Assembly: GCA_018401235.1 (NCBI GenBank) | Contig: JAGYLC010000001.1 | Span: 7,601-71,600 of the forward strand | DNA length: 64,000 bases | Direction of reading: 5' to 3' | DNA from: Kiritimatiellia bacterium | Lineage (GTDB): Bacteria > Verrucomicrobiota > Kiritimatiellia > SS1-B-03-39 > UBA6053 | In this document: piece after piece, positions 1 to 10,126 of the stretch | Numbering within the stretch: the first letter of the stretch is position 1 | Layout: each line of letters begins with the position of its first letter | The notes under the pieces: model-generated | Database searches by the model: none | Seen by the model: only the letters and a program-made list of their open reading frames with translations | Told to the model about the DNA's origin: nothing | Position numbers and translations under genes: made by a program

Positions 1-428
1 GCGGGGCGGACGCGGTGGTGGATTGCATCGACAGTATTCCGCATAAGTGTTTGCTACTGGCGGAATGCCGGAAGCGGGAACTGCGGGTGGTAACAGTGGG
101 TGCGGCGGGAGGACGCGCAGATCCCACAAAGGTACAGGTGGCGGATCTTTCGCGCAGCTACGACGATGCGTTATTGCAACGGGTTCGAAAGAAATTACGC
201 CAAAACCATGGGTTTCCCGGAACACCCGGAAAATGGGGTATCCCGGCGGTTTCGTCGGAGCCGGTTCGGTATCCGCAGTCGGACGGAACGGTGCGGTGCG
301 GAGGACGGAGTAATCTGCGACTGGATTGCGCCAGCGGCTACGGAACCGCCGGGTTTGTGACCGGCACCTTCGGATTTGCCGCCGCCGCCGCGACCGTGGA
401 ATTACTGCTATTGACCAATGACCAATGA
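1..428 (+). CDS. tcdA: tRNA threonylcarbamoyladenosine dehydratase (ThiF/E1-like), 5'-truncated by window edge
   Basis: Motifs VDCIDS, GAAGGRADPT, LLQRVRKKLR, LDCASGYGTAGFVTGTFGF typical of TcdA/CsdL. Confidence 0.85.
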   Translation, partial: GADAVVDCIDSIPHKCLLLAECRKRELRVVTVGAAGGRADPTKVQVADLSRSYDDALLQRVRKKLRQNHGFPGTPGKWGIPAVSSEPVRYPQSDGTVRCGGRSNLRLDCASGYGTAGFVTGTFGFAAAAATVELLLLTNDQ

Positions 429-452
429 CTATTGACCAATGACTAATGACTA
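410..452. repeat. Heptamer tandem array (TGACYAA/TGACTAT)
   Basis: ttgaccaa-tgaccaa-tgactat-tgaccaa-tgactaa-tgactat overlapping the tcdA stop. Confidence 0.8.
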
Positions 453-468
453 TGTATGGCAGGAAGAT

Positions 469-1839
469 ATGAAAACGAGCAGCGACGCGAAAACCACCAC
501 GGTGGGAACCATTGACGACGAAATTCTGGCGTTTACCGCCGGAAAAGATCTGGTATTGGATCTGCAACTGGCCGAATCCGACTGCATTGGGTCGGCGGCA
601 CATGCGATTATGCTCTCCAAAATGCCGGTGAATCCGCCGGTGTTGACTACCGAAGAGGCGGCGGCGGTGTGCAAGGAACTGGGGACGATTCGCAAGTCGG
701 TATTGGAGAGGGCCTTTGTGATCGAGGCGGCGGATCAGGATGTTCACTTGACGGTGGAGCGGAAATTGACGGAGGCTTTAGGTGATTTGGGTAAAAAAAT
801 TCATACCGGGCGGAGTCGGAACGATCAGGTGGCGGTGGACCTGCGGCTGTTCGCGAAGCAGGCTCTGCTGGAACTGATCGAGGACAGCGCGGATCTGGCG
901 GAGGCCTTGACCCGCTTCGGGGAGACGCACCAAAAAGTGCCGATGGTGGGGCGTACGCATATGCAGCCCGCGATGCCCTCGAGTGTGGGGTTGTGGGCCA
1001 CCTCCTACGCGGAAGCGGTGTTGGAGGACATTCAAAGTTTGCGGCTGGTGTACGAGTTGAATGACCAGTGTCCGCTGGGGGCGGCGGCGGGTTACGGGGT
1101 GCCGCTGCCGATTGATCGTCAGTTGACCAGTGATCTGCTCGGATTCGCGCGGCCTCTGCACAATGTGGCGCACGCCATTCAGGCCCGGGGCAAGTTGGAA
1201 TATCAGATTCTGCAGGCGATGGGGCAATTGATGATTACCTTGTCTCGGGTGGCGCAGGATCTGATGCTGTTCACGCTGCCCGAGTTCGGGTATTTCACCA
1301 TTCCCAAGGTCTTTGGTACCGGCAGCAGCATTATGCCGAATAAAAACAATCCGGACGTGCTGGAATTGATTCGGTCCAAGGCCGGTTTGGTACTGGGCTA
1401 TGGCAGCGCGGTGGGACATATCCTACACGCGGCGCCCGGGGGCTACAACCGGGATTTACAGGACAGCAAAGAGCCTTTTTTGGAGGGACTGGCAACCACG
1501 CGCGCGTCGGTACGGATTCTGGCCCGCTGTGTGGCGGGGCTGACCGTGAACGAAGACAAGCTGCGGGGCGCGTTCGACGGCGGGGTATTCGCCACCGATG
1601 CGGCTCTGGCGCTGGTGGCGGCGGGCATGCCCTTCCGTGATGCCTATCATCAGGTAAAAGCGAATCTAGCCGATCTGGACAACGAAGACCCGGACGCGGC
1701 CATTGCCCGCAAAACGCATTTGGGAGGCACGGCGGGACTTCATTTTGGTCTCTATGCGGACCGGATTGCGTCCACCAGAGGGTTTGTGGAGAAAGGCCGG
1801 ACGCATTTTGATCATGCGGTACGGCGATTGTTAAGTTAA
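469..1839 (+). CDS. argH: Argininosuccinate lyase
   Basis: HTGRSRNDQV, GRTHMQPA and TGSSIMPNKNNPD fumarase-superfamily signature; start placed at ATG 469, after the repeat. Confidence 0.95.
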   Translation: MKTSSDAKTTTVGTIDDEILAFTAGKDLVLDLQLAESDCIGSAAHAIMLSKMPVNPPVLTTEEAAAVCKELGTIRKSVLERAFVIEAADQDVHLTVERKLTEALGDLGKKIHTGRSRNDQVAVDLRLFAKQALLELIEDSADLAEALTRFGETHQKVPMVGRTHMQPAMPSSVGLWATSYAEAVLEDIQSLRLVYELNDQCPLGAAAGYGVPLPIDRQLTSDLLGFARPLHNVAHAIQARGKLEYQILQAMGQLMITLSRVAQDLMLFTLPEFGYFTIPKVFGTGSSIMPNKNNPDVLELIRSKAGLVLGYGSAVGHILHAAPGGYNRDLQDSKEPFLEGLATTRASVRILARCVAGLTVNEDKLRGAFDGGVFATDAALALVAAGMPFRDAYHQVKANLADLDNEDPDAAIARKTHLGGTAGLHFGLYADRIASTRGFVEKGRTHFDHAVRRLLS

Positions 1840-2063
1840 ACTCGCCCGCCTCACAAACCGATATTGTGCTTGTTTCATTTGCCCGAATAGGGGATAGGCT
1901 TAGAAATTATTGAACGACTCCTGCAGAATCTGTCCTTGATGATTGCCATGTGCGTCTTTTCACGCTTTGTGATGGATCAATGGCCGTCCGGCAAAAAAGT
2001 CCGATTCTGTGATTGCCAATACCGCGCGAATGGCGTATGGAGGCGCTTCCCGATTGTTCAAAG

Positions 2064-2150
2064 GCCGGAGTGGCGGAATTGGCAGACGCGCCGGATTCAA
2101 AATCCGGTTCCCGCAAGGGAGTGTGGGTTCGACTCCCACCTTCGGTACCA
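2064..2150 (+). tRNA. tRNA-Leu(CAA)
   Basis: GCCGGAG/CTTCGGT acceptor stem, anticodon arm CCGGA-TT-CAA-AA-TCCGG, long variable arm, GGTTCGACTCC T arm, encoded CCA. Confidence 0.95.
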
Positions 2151-2214
2151 TTGTTGGTACGGATGTTTTTGAAGGATTCGGGAGCAAAAGTAGACACTTT
2201 AACCTATTTTAGGT

Positions 2215-2300
2215 GGTGGGGTAGCGAAGCGGTCAAACGCATCAGACTGTAAATCTGACACCTCATGGTTTCGAAGGTTCGAATCCTTCCCCCACCACCA
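2215..2300 (+). tRNA. tRNA-Tyr(GTA)
   Basis: GGTGGGG/CCCCACC acceptor stem, TCAGA-CT-GTA-AA-TCTGA anticodon arm, GAAGG-TTCGAAT-CCTTC T arm, encoded CCA. Confidence 0.95.
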
Positions 2301-2307
2301 CCTTTTC

Positions 2308-2332
2308 CCCGGTCGCAAGGCCGGGCTTTTTT
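2308..2332 (+). terminator. Rho-independent terminator after tRNA pair
   Basis: CCCGGTC-GCAA-GGCCGGG hairpin followed by CTTTTTT. Confidence 0.8.
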
Positions 2333-2355
2333 GTGGCATGCAGTCGGGGCGGCCC

Positions 2356-2730
2356 TTAGCCTTTGCAATCCGGGCAACTGCCCGTGAGGGTGATGTCGTG
2401 TTCTTTGACTACGAAGCCTTTCGGGAGGCCAAGATCGTGTTTGAGCAGGCATCCGTCGAGATCGAACACCCGGTCACATTTGGTGCAGTGGAAATGATGA
2501 TGATGCTTCAGGTCCGCTCTTTCGTATCGACTGGATTGACCGGGAAGATCCACCCGCCGCAACGTTTCCTCATCGACCATATCATTCAACGCCCGGTACA
2601 CGGTGGCGATGCCAAGGTTTGGAATCTCTTCGTGCGCGCGTTCCAGCACCTCGTTGGGGCTGAGGGGGCCCTCAATACGTGAAAAAATATGTTCGATTGC
2701 GGATCGTTGTTTGGTGTGGCGTTGTGGCAT
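2356..2730 (-). CDS. Fur-family transcriptional regulator (Fur/Zur/PerR)
   Basis: LGIATVYRAL HTH, HHHHFHCTKC and CPDC metal motifs. Confidence 0.9.
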   Translation of the reverse strand: MPQRHTKQRSAIEHIFSRIEGPLSPNEVLERAHEEIPNLGIATVYRALNDMVDEETLRRVDLPGQSSRYERADLKHHHHFHCTKCDRVFDLDGCLLKHDLGLPKGFVVKEHDITLTGSCPDCKG

Positions 2731-2752
2731 TGTAGGTATGGTTTATAAGGTT

Positions 2753-3520
2753 CTATTGCTTTTGATCAATTTCCTTTTTCGCTTTTTTCTCCTGATAGGC
2801 GGCGTCTTTTGCCGCCAGTTTTTCGCGCACTTCGGGGTGGAGCACCTCATCCAGTTCATGCCCGGTGGTCGCTTCGATTCCTTTCATCAACTTAAACAGC
2901 GCCACCATCATCACCGCGGTGGTGGGAAGCACAATCACCGGCCAGCTCAGGGCGGTCATTTTGCCGATTTCACTATTGAAGGCCTCGGTTCCCGAGGGGC
3001 TGATGACCAGCCAGGAGGCCAGAATGTAATTCAGCACCGTACTCAACAGGAAGGAGGCCACTACCCACAGGGTGCAGGAGGAAATCACTTTTTCGAATTG
3101 GATCCGGGTTCCTTTTTCTCCCAGCGACTGTTCGATCAGGTCCACATCGAACAACTCTTTGGAAAAAAGCAGTGCCCGGATCAGGGGCTTTTTGGTGAAG
3201 GAGGAAAGGTAAATTGCCAGTCCGAAGAGAAAGGGAACCGCCGCCTCCTTGACCGCGATCCAGCGGGTGGGGATGTCCTCAATCAGGCCGATTACGCCGG
3301 TGATCAGCACACTAACGAAGCCGATCACGGAGAAAATATTCACCTTTTTGCGGACGATATAGTCGTAAATGCCATAGATGAGCGGCAGAGAGAGGGCAAT
3401 AATCAGAATCGGGGCCGGAGGGAGACCCAGCCATTTCGCACCTTTGGTGAGGAGGAGGGATGGGAGGACCACGTTGAGAATAATGTTCAACCAGATGTTT
3501 TCGCGTTTGTGTGCAGGCAT
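2753..3520 (-). CDS. VC0807-like integral membrane protein
   Basis: Several TM segments, WIAVKEAAVP and LSWPVIVLP motifs. Confidence 0.65.
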   Translation of the reverse strand: MPAHKRENIWLNIILNVVLPSLLLTKGAKWLGLPPAPILIIALSLPLIYGIYDYIVRKKVNIFSVIGFVSVLITGVIGLIEDIPTRWIAVKEAAVPFLFGLAIYLSSFTKKPLIRALLFSKELFDVDLIEQSLGEKGTRIQFEKVISSCTLWVVASFLLSTVLNYILASWLVISPSGTEAFNSEIGKMTALSWPVIVLPTTAVMMVALFKLMKGIEATTGHELDEVLHPEVREKLAAKDAAYQEKKAKKEIDQKQ

Positions 3521-3706
3521 GTGTAAAAAATGGGGGTTTGATTAAGAGAGTGGTTTAGAGGTTTTGAAGGCAAGATGAAAGCAGGAAATGGGGATGAGAT
3601 CGATTGATCACCGGCATTTTCATTTTGGCACGAATAAGCTGATGAAAAACGGCACTTGCCTTTCTGGTGGATTGTGGTTAATTCCTATACATCTCAACTA
3701 ATTTCA

Positions 3707-5017
3707 ATGGAAAAGATGCTTATGAATATCAAGAAACAGGAAGCGGCGGCCCATCTAGAGGTCAATGGTAAAAAAATGGACTTGGATGTGCTGTGCGGCG
3801 TGGAAAACGAAGTGGCTATGGACGGGTTGCAGCTTCGCAATCAAACAGGGGTCATCAATCTCGATCCGGGCTACGGAAATACGGGCAGTTGCGTAAGTTC
3901 GATCACCTTTTTGAATGGTGAAAAAGGGGTGATTCACCACCGGGGGTACGAATTGAAGGATTTGGCTGCCAATTGCAGCTTTCTGGAAGTCGCCTACCTG
4001 CTCATGAAAGGGGAGTTGCCAAATCCGGATCAGCATCGTCAGTGGACGGAATTAGTTCGGGATAACTCGTATTTGGGCCCGAGTTTGCAGGAGTTGTTGA
4101 ATCACTATCCGGTAAAATCGCATCCGATGTCGGTGTTGGCCAGTGTGGTATTGTCGCTGACCGGATTTTATGGCGACCTCGGCCATGAAACTTATTATCA
4201 ATTCGACATGGATGTGGTGAGGCTGATCGCGAAAACGCCGTTGATTGCGGCGCATAACTTTCGTCGCAAGCGGGGTATGAACTACATTTACGCCGACCCC
4301 TCTCTGGGCTATGCCGAAAACTTTTTGCATTCGATGTTTTCGAAACGGCTCCCGAAGGAGCGCCGGAAGATCATGGCTACTGCGTTGGAAAAACTGCTCA
4401 TTATTCACGCGGACCATGAGCAGAATTGTTCCACCTCGACCGTGCGCATGATCAGCAGTTCCGATGCAAACGTGTATGCGGCGATTGGCGGAGGAATTGG
4501 CGCCCTGTGGGGACCTCTGCACGGGGGCGCGAACGAAGCGGTGATCAATATGTTGGAGTATATCAAAATGCGTGACGGAGACCTGGAGGCGGTGATCAAG
4601 CGGGCTAAAGACAAGGATGACCCGTTCAAGCTGATGGGATTCGGACATCGCGTGTACAAAACGTATGATCCCCGGGCCGCCATCGCCAAGGAAGTGGTGG
4701 ATTCGTTGCTGAAGGATCTGGGCGTGGACGAACCCCTGGTGGATACGGCCATGGAATTGGAGAAAATCGCCCTGGAAGACGACTACTTCGTGTCTCGCAA
4801 TCTGTATCCCAACGTCGATTTTTATACCGGGATCGCCTACAAAGCGATGGGTATTCCCAAAGAAATGTTCACGGTGATGTTCACGATGGGCCGGATGGCC
4901 GGATGGTTGGCGCATCTGCTGGAATTCCGCGAGGATGAAAATCGCCGGATTTGCCGTCCGCGTCAGATTTATGCCGGCAAACCCATTCGCGAGTATGTGA
5001 AGATGGAGGACCGGTAA
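3707..5017 (+). CDS. gltA: Citrate synthase
   Basis: HADHEQNCST, GPLHGGANE, MGFGHRVYK, YPNVDFY; start uncertain (3707 or 3722). Confidence 0.95.
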   Translation: MEKMLMNIKKQEAAAHLEVNGKKMDLDVLCGVENEVAMDGLQLRNQTGVINLDPGYGNTGSCVSSITFLNGEKGVIHHRGYELKDLAANCSFLEVAYLLMKGELPNPDQHRQWTELVRDNSYLGPSLQELLNHYPVKSHPMSVLASVVLSLTGFYGDLGHETYYQFDMDVVRLIAKTPLIAAHNFRRKRGMNYIYADPSLGYAENFLHSMFSKRLPKERRKIMATALEKLLIIHADHEQNCSTSTVRMISSSDANVYAAIGGGIGALWGPLHGGANEAVINMLEYIKMRDGDLEAVIKRAKDKDDPFKLMGFGHRVYKTYDPRAAIAKEVVDSLLKDLGVDEPLVDTAMELEKIALEDDYFVSRNLYPNVDFYTGIAYKAMGIPKEMFTVMFTMGRMAGWLAHLLEFREDENRRICRPRQIYAGKPIREYVKMEDR

Positions 5018-5030
5018 CGGTTTTGATCCG

Positions 5031-6416
5031 GTGACCGCCTCCGGGACCACTCTTTGTCCCTTACGTATCCAAGCGCTGCGGGCTGGGGATGTGCCCGCGC
5101 TGGTGACGGTGGAGGGATTCCGGAGTTACGCGGAGGTCGATCAACAATGCGCCCGTCTGGTCAGATGGTTGAAGGAGACCGGGGGAATCAAACCCGGGGA
5201 CCGAGTCGCGGTGGTGGCGGCAAATCGACCCGAGTGGCTTCCGCTGTTGTTTGCCTGTCTTCGAACCGGCGCCGTGTTGTGTCCCCTGAATGTGCGACAG
5301 CCGCTGGCGGTGCTGTCTGAACAAGCGTCGAAGCTGGACCCGTCACTGGTGATCACGGACTGCGAACTGCCGGGACTGCATGTTTCGGTGAAGGATTTTG
5401 CATCGTTCCTAGATGAGGCGGTGGTACCTGCCGAGGATGAGGCGTTGGTGCGGGAGGATAGGCCCGCCACCCGGGTATGTACATCCGGAAGTAGTGGGGA
5501 AGGAAAAGCTGTCGAGCATCGTCTGTCAAACCATTTGTCTTCCGCCCGCGCCGCCAATCAGGTTGCGCCGCTCGGAGTCGGCGACCGCTGGCTATGCTCA
5601 TTGCCACTCTATCATATGGGAGGCATCGCCATTCTGTTTCGATGTGTATTGGCCGGAGCGGCGGTAGGGTTTTCAGAGGCGGACTCCAAGTGGACGGAAG
5701 ACGTGGAGAGACTTGGGGTCACTCACCTTTCGCTGGTACCCACGCAGGTGCAACGATGGTTGCGATCAAATGAGTTTGAAGCTTCCGCGAAAGGAATTAA
5801 GCGGGTGTTGATGGGAGGGGCGCCGATACCGGCCGGGTTGCTGAAGGAGGCGGTCACCGCCGGATGGTCAGTGGCTGTCAGTTATGGAATGACCGAAACC
5901 GCGTCGCAGATTGCTGCGACCCCGCCGGGCGAGCCCCCACAAGGGGCGGGGAGGGTACTTCCCCATGCGCGTGTTCGCATCAGCGAAGCAGGTGAAATTC
6001 AGGTGCAGGCCGGATCCGTGCCGGAGGACTTGATAACCGAAGGCTGGTTGCGAACGGGCGATTGCGGTCGATTGGTGGGAGATCTGTTGTTTGTGGAGGG
6101 GCGTATGGATCGACAGTTCATTTCCGGGGGTGAGAATATTCAACCGGAGCGAATCGAACGGGAATTGCAGGCCTGCAGCGGAGCGGGATGTGTCGTGGTG
6201 GTCCCGGTGGAGGATCCCGAATTCGGTCAACGACCGGCGGCCTGGGTGGACGAGGAAATTACGGACGAAAAAGCGGCCCAGTGGAATCGGGCGTTGCGCT
6301 TACGATTGCCGGGCTACATGATTCCGGTAAAGTACAAAACGCTTCCTCCGCAGGCGGGACTGAAACCGGATTTGGCGCAGTTACAGCGGGAGATGGCGGG
6401 GGAGCGGTCGGAGTAG
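5031..6416 (+). CDS. menE: o-succinylbenzoate-CoA ligase-like AMP-binding enzyme
   Basis: TSGSSGEGKAV, SLPLYHMGG, SYGMTETASQ, FISGGENIQPE. Confidence 0.75.
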   Translation: MTASGTTLCPLRIQALRAGDVPALVTVEGFRSYAEVDQQCARLVRWLKETGGIKPGDRVAVVAANRPEWLPLLFACLRTGAVLCPLNVRQPLAVLSEQASKLDPSLVITDCELPGLHVSVKDFASFLDEAVVPAEDEALVREDRPATRVCTSGSSGEGKAVEHRLSNHLSSARAANQVAPLGVGDRWLCSLPLYHMGGIAILFRCVLAGAAVGFSEADSKWTEDVERLGVTHLSLVPTQVQRWLRSNEFEASAKGIKRVLMGGAPIPAGLLKEAVTAGWSVAVSYGMTETASQIAATPPGEPPQGAGRVLPHARVRISEAGEIQVQAGSVPEDLITEGWLRTGDCGRLVGDLLFVEGRMDRQFISGGENIQPERIERELQACSGAGCVVVVPVEDPEFGQRPAAWVDEEITDEKAAQWNRALRLRLPGYMIPVKYKTLPPQAGLKPDLAQLQREMAGERSE

Positions 6417-6589
6417 AAGAGGTCAGAACGGAGATGTGAGAGAGTGGGATGGGCATTCTTGACTGTCGTTCTGGGAGGATCTTTGGAACTGGAGTCCAAC
6501 TTTCCCCAAGTCATCGATACCCCCGAACTGCTGAATGAAGAATAGGTATTCTCTTTGTTTATGTCGTATTTCTCTGGTAGAATTTTCTC

Positions 6590-6889
6590 ATGAGAGGTTT
6601 GATTTTTTTTGTGTTCCTGTGCGGGTGGATCGTGTGCGCGGATTCCAACAGGTTTTCGCTCATGCTGGAAGAATCGACACCGACTTCGTTTACCGTGAAT
6701 GGAGAGCCCGCTGGTGTGCGCTATCGCCGAGTGGAGGCAACGGTGATTCCCGAGGCATCTCCACATCGGATCTGGGGATACGCGCATGACTATCGGGCGT
6801 TTAACCGCCGGTATCGAAATGACGTTTGGTCAACGGTGGGAGTTTCAACTGGAAGATGGGGTAAAGACCGAGATCACTCCTCCCGATGA
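6590..6889 (+). CDS. Hypothetical secreted protein (possibly truncated)
   Basis: ATG start, signal-peptide-like N-terminus (MRGLIFFVFLCGWIVCA). Confidence 0.45.
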   Translation: MRGLIFFVFLCGWIVCADSNRFSLMLEESTPTSFTVNGEPAGVRYRRVEATVIPEASPHRIWGYAHDYRAFNRRYRNDVWSTVGVSTGRWGKDRDHSSR

Positions 6890-7005
6890 TGTACGGGGCT
6901 TTGCGTCTGTTCAGATACACTTCGAAAACACGGTTGCAAATCCGGAAGAAGGCTTTATCGAGTAATGCGTATTTATACTCCCGATTCTAAAATCCACTCT
7001 TTACG

Positions 7006-8511
7006 ATGAAAACCACGAACCTCTGCTTTGTATCCGATCTGTCTCAGCACCTTGGCGAAACAGTTTGCCTGCGGGGCTGGATGCGGGCTATGCGTTCCAG
7101 CGGGAAAATCCGCTTTGTGGAGTTTCGGGACGGGACCTCGACTTGTCAGTGCACAGTAGAAGCATCGAAACCGGATGCGTTTGCCGCTTTGGAGGGATGT
7201 GGACAGGAAAGCAGCCTGACTCTGACGGGAACGGTGCGGGAGGAAGCGCGCTCCCCTGGAGGGGTGGAGCTGTCGATTGAAACGGTGGAGGTGCATCAGC
7301 AGGCCATGGAGTATCCGATTTCCCGAAAAGAACACGGGGTGGATTTCCTGATGCAACATCGGCATTTGTGGTTGCGCAGTCCGCGTCAGGGCGCGATTTT
7401 GCGCATTCGGCATCGGGTGATCACGGCAGCCCGGGAGTTCTTTGATCAACGTGGATTCACCCTGATCGACACCCCTATTTTTCAGCCGGGAGCCGCGGAG
7501 GGGGCGGGCACCCTGTTCGAGCTGGATTATTTCGGTTCGCCGGCGTACCTGGCGCAGACCGGGCAACTCTATTTGGAAACTGCGGCCATGGCCCTGGGCA
7601 AGGTCTATTGCTTCGGGCCCACCTTCCGGGCGGAGAAAAGCAAAACTCGGCGGCATCTGACCGAGTTCTGGATGATTGAACCTGAAATCGCCTTTGTTGA
7701 ATTGGAGGATTTGCAGGAGTTAAGCGAAGAATTCCTCCTGCATGTGGTGGCCTCGGTATTAACGCACCAACAGGCCGAACTGGAGGAATTGGGGCGGGAT
7801 GTGGGTGCGCTGGAAAGGATTCAGGCTCCCTTTCCGAGACTCACCTATTCCGAAGCGGTGGAGTTGTTGCACAGTCCCGAACTGCATGCCAAACTGGAGA
7901 CCGAGTTGGCAGAAGCGCAGGATGCGGTCGCGCAGGTGAAAGAGGAGTTGAGTCAGAAGGAGCAGCAGGTATCACAGGTGACCAAGGCGTGGAAGGTGGA
8001 AAAATTCAATCAGGAGATTCAGGAGCTCCAGGACCAAATTCGGGAATTGGACCGATGGATCGCCCACCAGCCCGCCCACATTGAGGATGCAAAGACCTTT
8101 CAGTGGGGTAAGGATTTTGGCGGAGATGAAGAAACCATTTTAAGCCGCCAGTTTGAGAGTCCGCTGATCGTCAGCGAGTATCCCCGCGAGGTAAAGGCGT
8201 TTTACATGAAGCAGAATCCGGACGATCCCCGCACCGTGCGTAATCTGGATGTGTTGGCACCGGAAGGATACGGGGAAATTATCGGGGGCAGTCAGCGGGA
8301 GGATGACCTTGACACCCTTCTCGCCCGAATGCGGGAGGAGGGGATGGACCCGGAGCCGTACCAGTGGTATCTCGACCTGCGCCGATACGGATCGGTGCCC
8401 CACGGGGGATTCGGACTCGGAATTGAACGCACGGTCTCCTGGATATGCGGACTCAAACACATCCGGGAAACCATACCCTTTCCCCGTTTAATGGGGAAGA
8501 TGACGCCGTGA
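7006..8511 (+). CDS. asnS: Asparagine-tRNA ligase with an internal coiled-coil insertion
   Basis: OB-fold N-terminus, FGPTFRAEKSKTRRHLTEFWMIEPE, GEIIGGSQRE, PHGGFGLGIER. Confidence 0.95.
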   Translation: MKTTNLCFVSDLSQHLGETVCLRGWMRAMRSSGKIRFVEFRDGTSTCQCTVEASKPDAFAALEGCGQESSLTLTGTVREEARSPGGVELSIETVEVHQQAMEYPISRKEHGVDFLMQHRHLWLRSPRQGAILRIRHRVITAAREFFDQRGFTLIDTPIFQPGAAEGAGTLFELDYFGSPAYLAQTGQLYLETAAMALGKVYCFGPTFRAEKSKTRRHLTEFWMIEPEIAFVELEDLQELSEEFLLHVVASVLTHQQAELEELGRDVGALERIQAPFPRLTYSEAVELLHSPELHAKLETELAEAQDAVAQVKEELSQKEQQVSQVTKAWKVEKFNQEIQELQDQIRELDRWIAHQPAHIEDAKTFQWGKDFGGDEETILSRQFESPLIVSEYPREVKAFYMKQNPDDPRTVRNLDVLAPEGYGEIIGGSQREDDLDTLLARMREEGMDPEPYQWYLDLRRYGSVPHGGFGLGIERTVSWICGLKHIRETIPFPRLMGKMTP

Positions 8512-8512
8512 A

Positions 8513-10027
8513 TTATTTATACCCGGGCAGGTACTCTTTTTCGGCTTTGAACATTTCCAGGGTCATGGCGCGGATTTCTTGAGGACTGCACACGGCGGCG
8601 GTGAGGGGATCGAGCATGAGGGAGTGTATGGCGGCTTCGATGCTTTTATGGATGGAAGCTTCTGCGGCCAGATCAAACATGGCCAGGTTGCTTTGGCAGA
8701 GCGCGGCCATTTGCGGGGGCAGTTTTCCGTAGCGGATAGGTTGCACCCCATTAGCGTCCACCAGGCAGGCCACTTCCACACACATATCAGCCTGAAGATT
8801 GCTGATCAACAGTCCGCTTCCGTCCACGGGTTGATTCATGACATTGCCATGAATGCGGTAGGGGGTGTTTTTTTCCATGGCCTCGATAATCCAGGAAGCA
8901 TATTCCCAGCTTCGCTGCCAATCGGGATCTTTTTTGCCTGCCAGTATGGCCCGGCGATCATCGTCCTGAGCTTTGCGCCAATTCGGCCAGTTGGTGGCAT
9001 AGAAGCGGGAGCCCCCGTCGTAACCGCTGCGTAAATATTTGCGTCCCTCCTCCGATTTCCGGTAGTAGGGGAGGTACTCGGAAAGGTGCCCGGAACTTTC
9101 GGTGATGAAGGCACCAAATTCCAGACACATATGCTTACGAACTAGGTCGCAATGATGCTCGGGACGGTCTTCCGGCGGGCGGCCGGGATAGGTGGAAAGG
9201 TACTCCGCCGGGACGGTTTCTGTCTTCAGTTCCGCGAGTGATGGTTTCAGTTGGGCCGCGAAATCTTTTTTCAGGGCGGGATACAGGTCTTTGCCTTTGT
9301 GCTCCAAACGGGTGAACCAGGCCAGGTGGTTGATACCGGCGCATTCCCAGGACAGTTCATCGTATGGAATGCCCGCCCGCTTGGCGAGGAGGTTGCTGGT
9401 GCCCTGCACGCTGTGACAGAGTCCCACCACGGGGATGTCGCTCACCCGTCCGGCGGCCGTGCACATCATGGCCATGGGGTTGGTGTAATTTAACACCTGT
9501 ACACGTGGGCAGAGTTTTTCGCAGTCTTTGAGAATATCCAGAAACGCGGGAATGGTGCGCAGACCTTTGAACAGACCGCCCGGGCCGATGGTGTCGCCAA
9601 TGCATTGATCCACGCCGTATTTCAGCGGAATGTCATTATCCATCTCCACACATTGGGGGCCGCTGACTTCGATGCAATTGATGATGTAATCACTGTCAGC
9701 CATGACTTTGGTGCGGTCGGTGGACACCACCACTTTCCATTTGGAACCGGGAACGCCCTTGATCAATTTCCGCAGCATGCGGGCGGACAGATTCAGACGT
9801 TTCTCGTCGAGATCCACCAACGCGAAGGTTCCGCCCTTGTTTCCGGGGGTCAACACGATGTCGTTCAGAACCCGCGGAGTAAAAAAACTGCCCGCGCCAA
9901 TAAAGGTGACTTTGATCGGACGTTTGAATTCGCCGGGAAGTCCCCGACTGGCCGCGTCCTGGGTGTGGGCGGCGTGACCTGTGTCTTTAGTGGCTTTCGA
10001 TGCAGTTTTCTTTTTTGCGGGGCTCAT
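8513..10027 (-). CDS. Glycoside hydrolase family 4 (NAD+/Mn-dependent alpha-galactosidase/glucosidase)
   Basis: FIGAGS Rossmann motif, GDTIGPGG, NYTNPM, GLCHSVQ, AGINHLAW. Confidence 0.9.
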   Translation of the reverse strand: MSPAKKKTASKATKDTGHAAHTQDAASRGLPGEFKRPIKVTFIGAGSFFTPRVLNDIVLTPGNKGGTFALVDLDEKRLNLSARMLRKLIKGVPGSKWKVVVSTDRTKVMADSDYIINCIEVSGPQCVEMDNDIPLKYGVDQCIGDTIGPGGLFKGLRTIPAFLDILKDCEKLCPRVQVLNYTNPMAMMCTAAGRVSDIPVVGLCHSVQGTSNLLAKRAGIPYDELSWECAGINHLAWFTRLEHKGKDLYPALKKDFAAQLKPSLAELKTETVPAEYLSTYPGRPPEDRPEHHCDLVRKHMCLEFGAFITESSGHLSEYLPYYRKSEEGRKYLRSGYDGGSRFYATNWPNWRKAQDDDRRAILAGKKDPDWQRSWEYASWIIEAMEKNTPYRIHGNVMNQPVDGSGLLISNLQADMCVEVACLVDANGVQPIRYGKLPPQMAALCQSNLAMFDLAAEASIHKSIEAAIHSLMLDPLTAAVCSPQEIRAMTLEMFKAEKEYLPGYK

Positions 10028-10126
10028 AAGGTTTCTCCGTGAGGGGGTTGACAATTCCGCATATTTTACACGTTTTCTAAAGATTCACCAGAACCGAACC
10101 TTGATATTCAGTATGCAAAATGTGAT

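Noticed and set aside
1907-2252. Small ORFs over the tRNA region
   Set aside because: They overlap two clear tRNA genes
2064-2332. tRNA-anchored genomic island or prophage
   Set aside because: No integrase and no duplicated tRNA 3' end seen; neighbours are housekeeping genes
3625-3642. sigma54 promoter upstream of gltA (TGGCACGAATAAGC)
   Set aside because: GG-to-GC spacing is one base short of the strict -24/-12 geometry
7873-8095. Intein in asnS
   Set aside because: No C-terminal HN or splice-junction nucleophile pattern; composition is coiled coil
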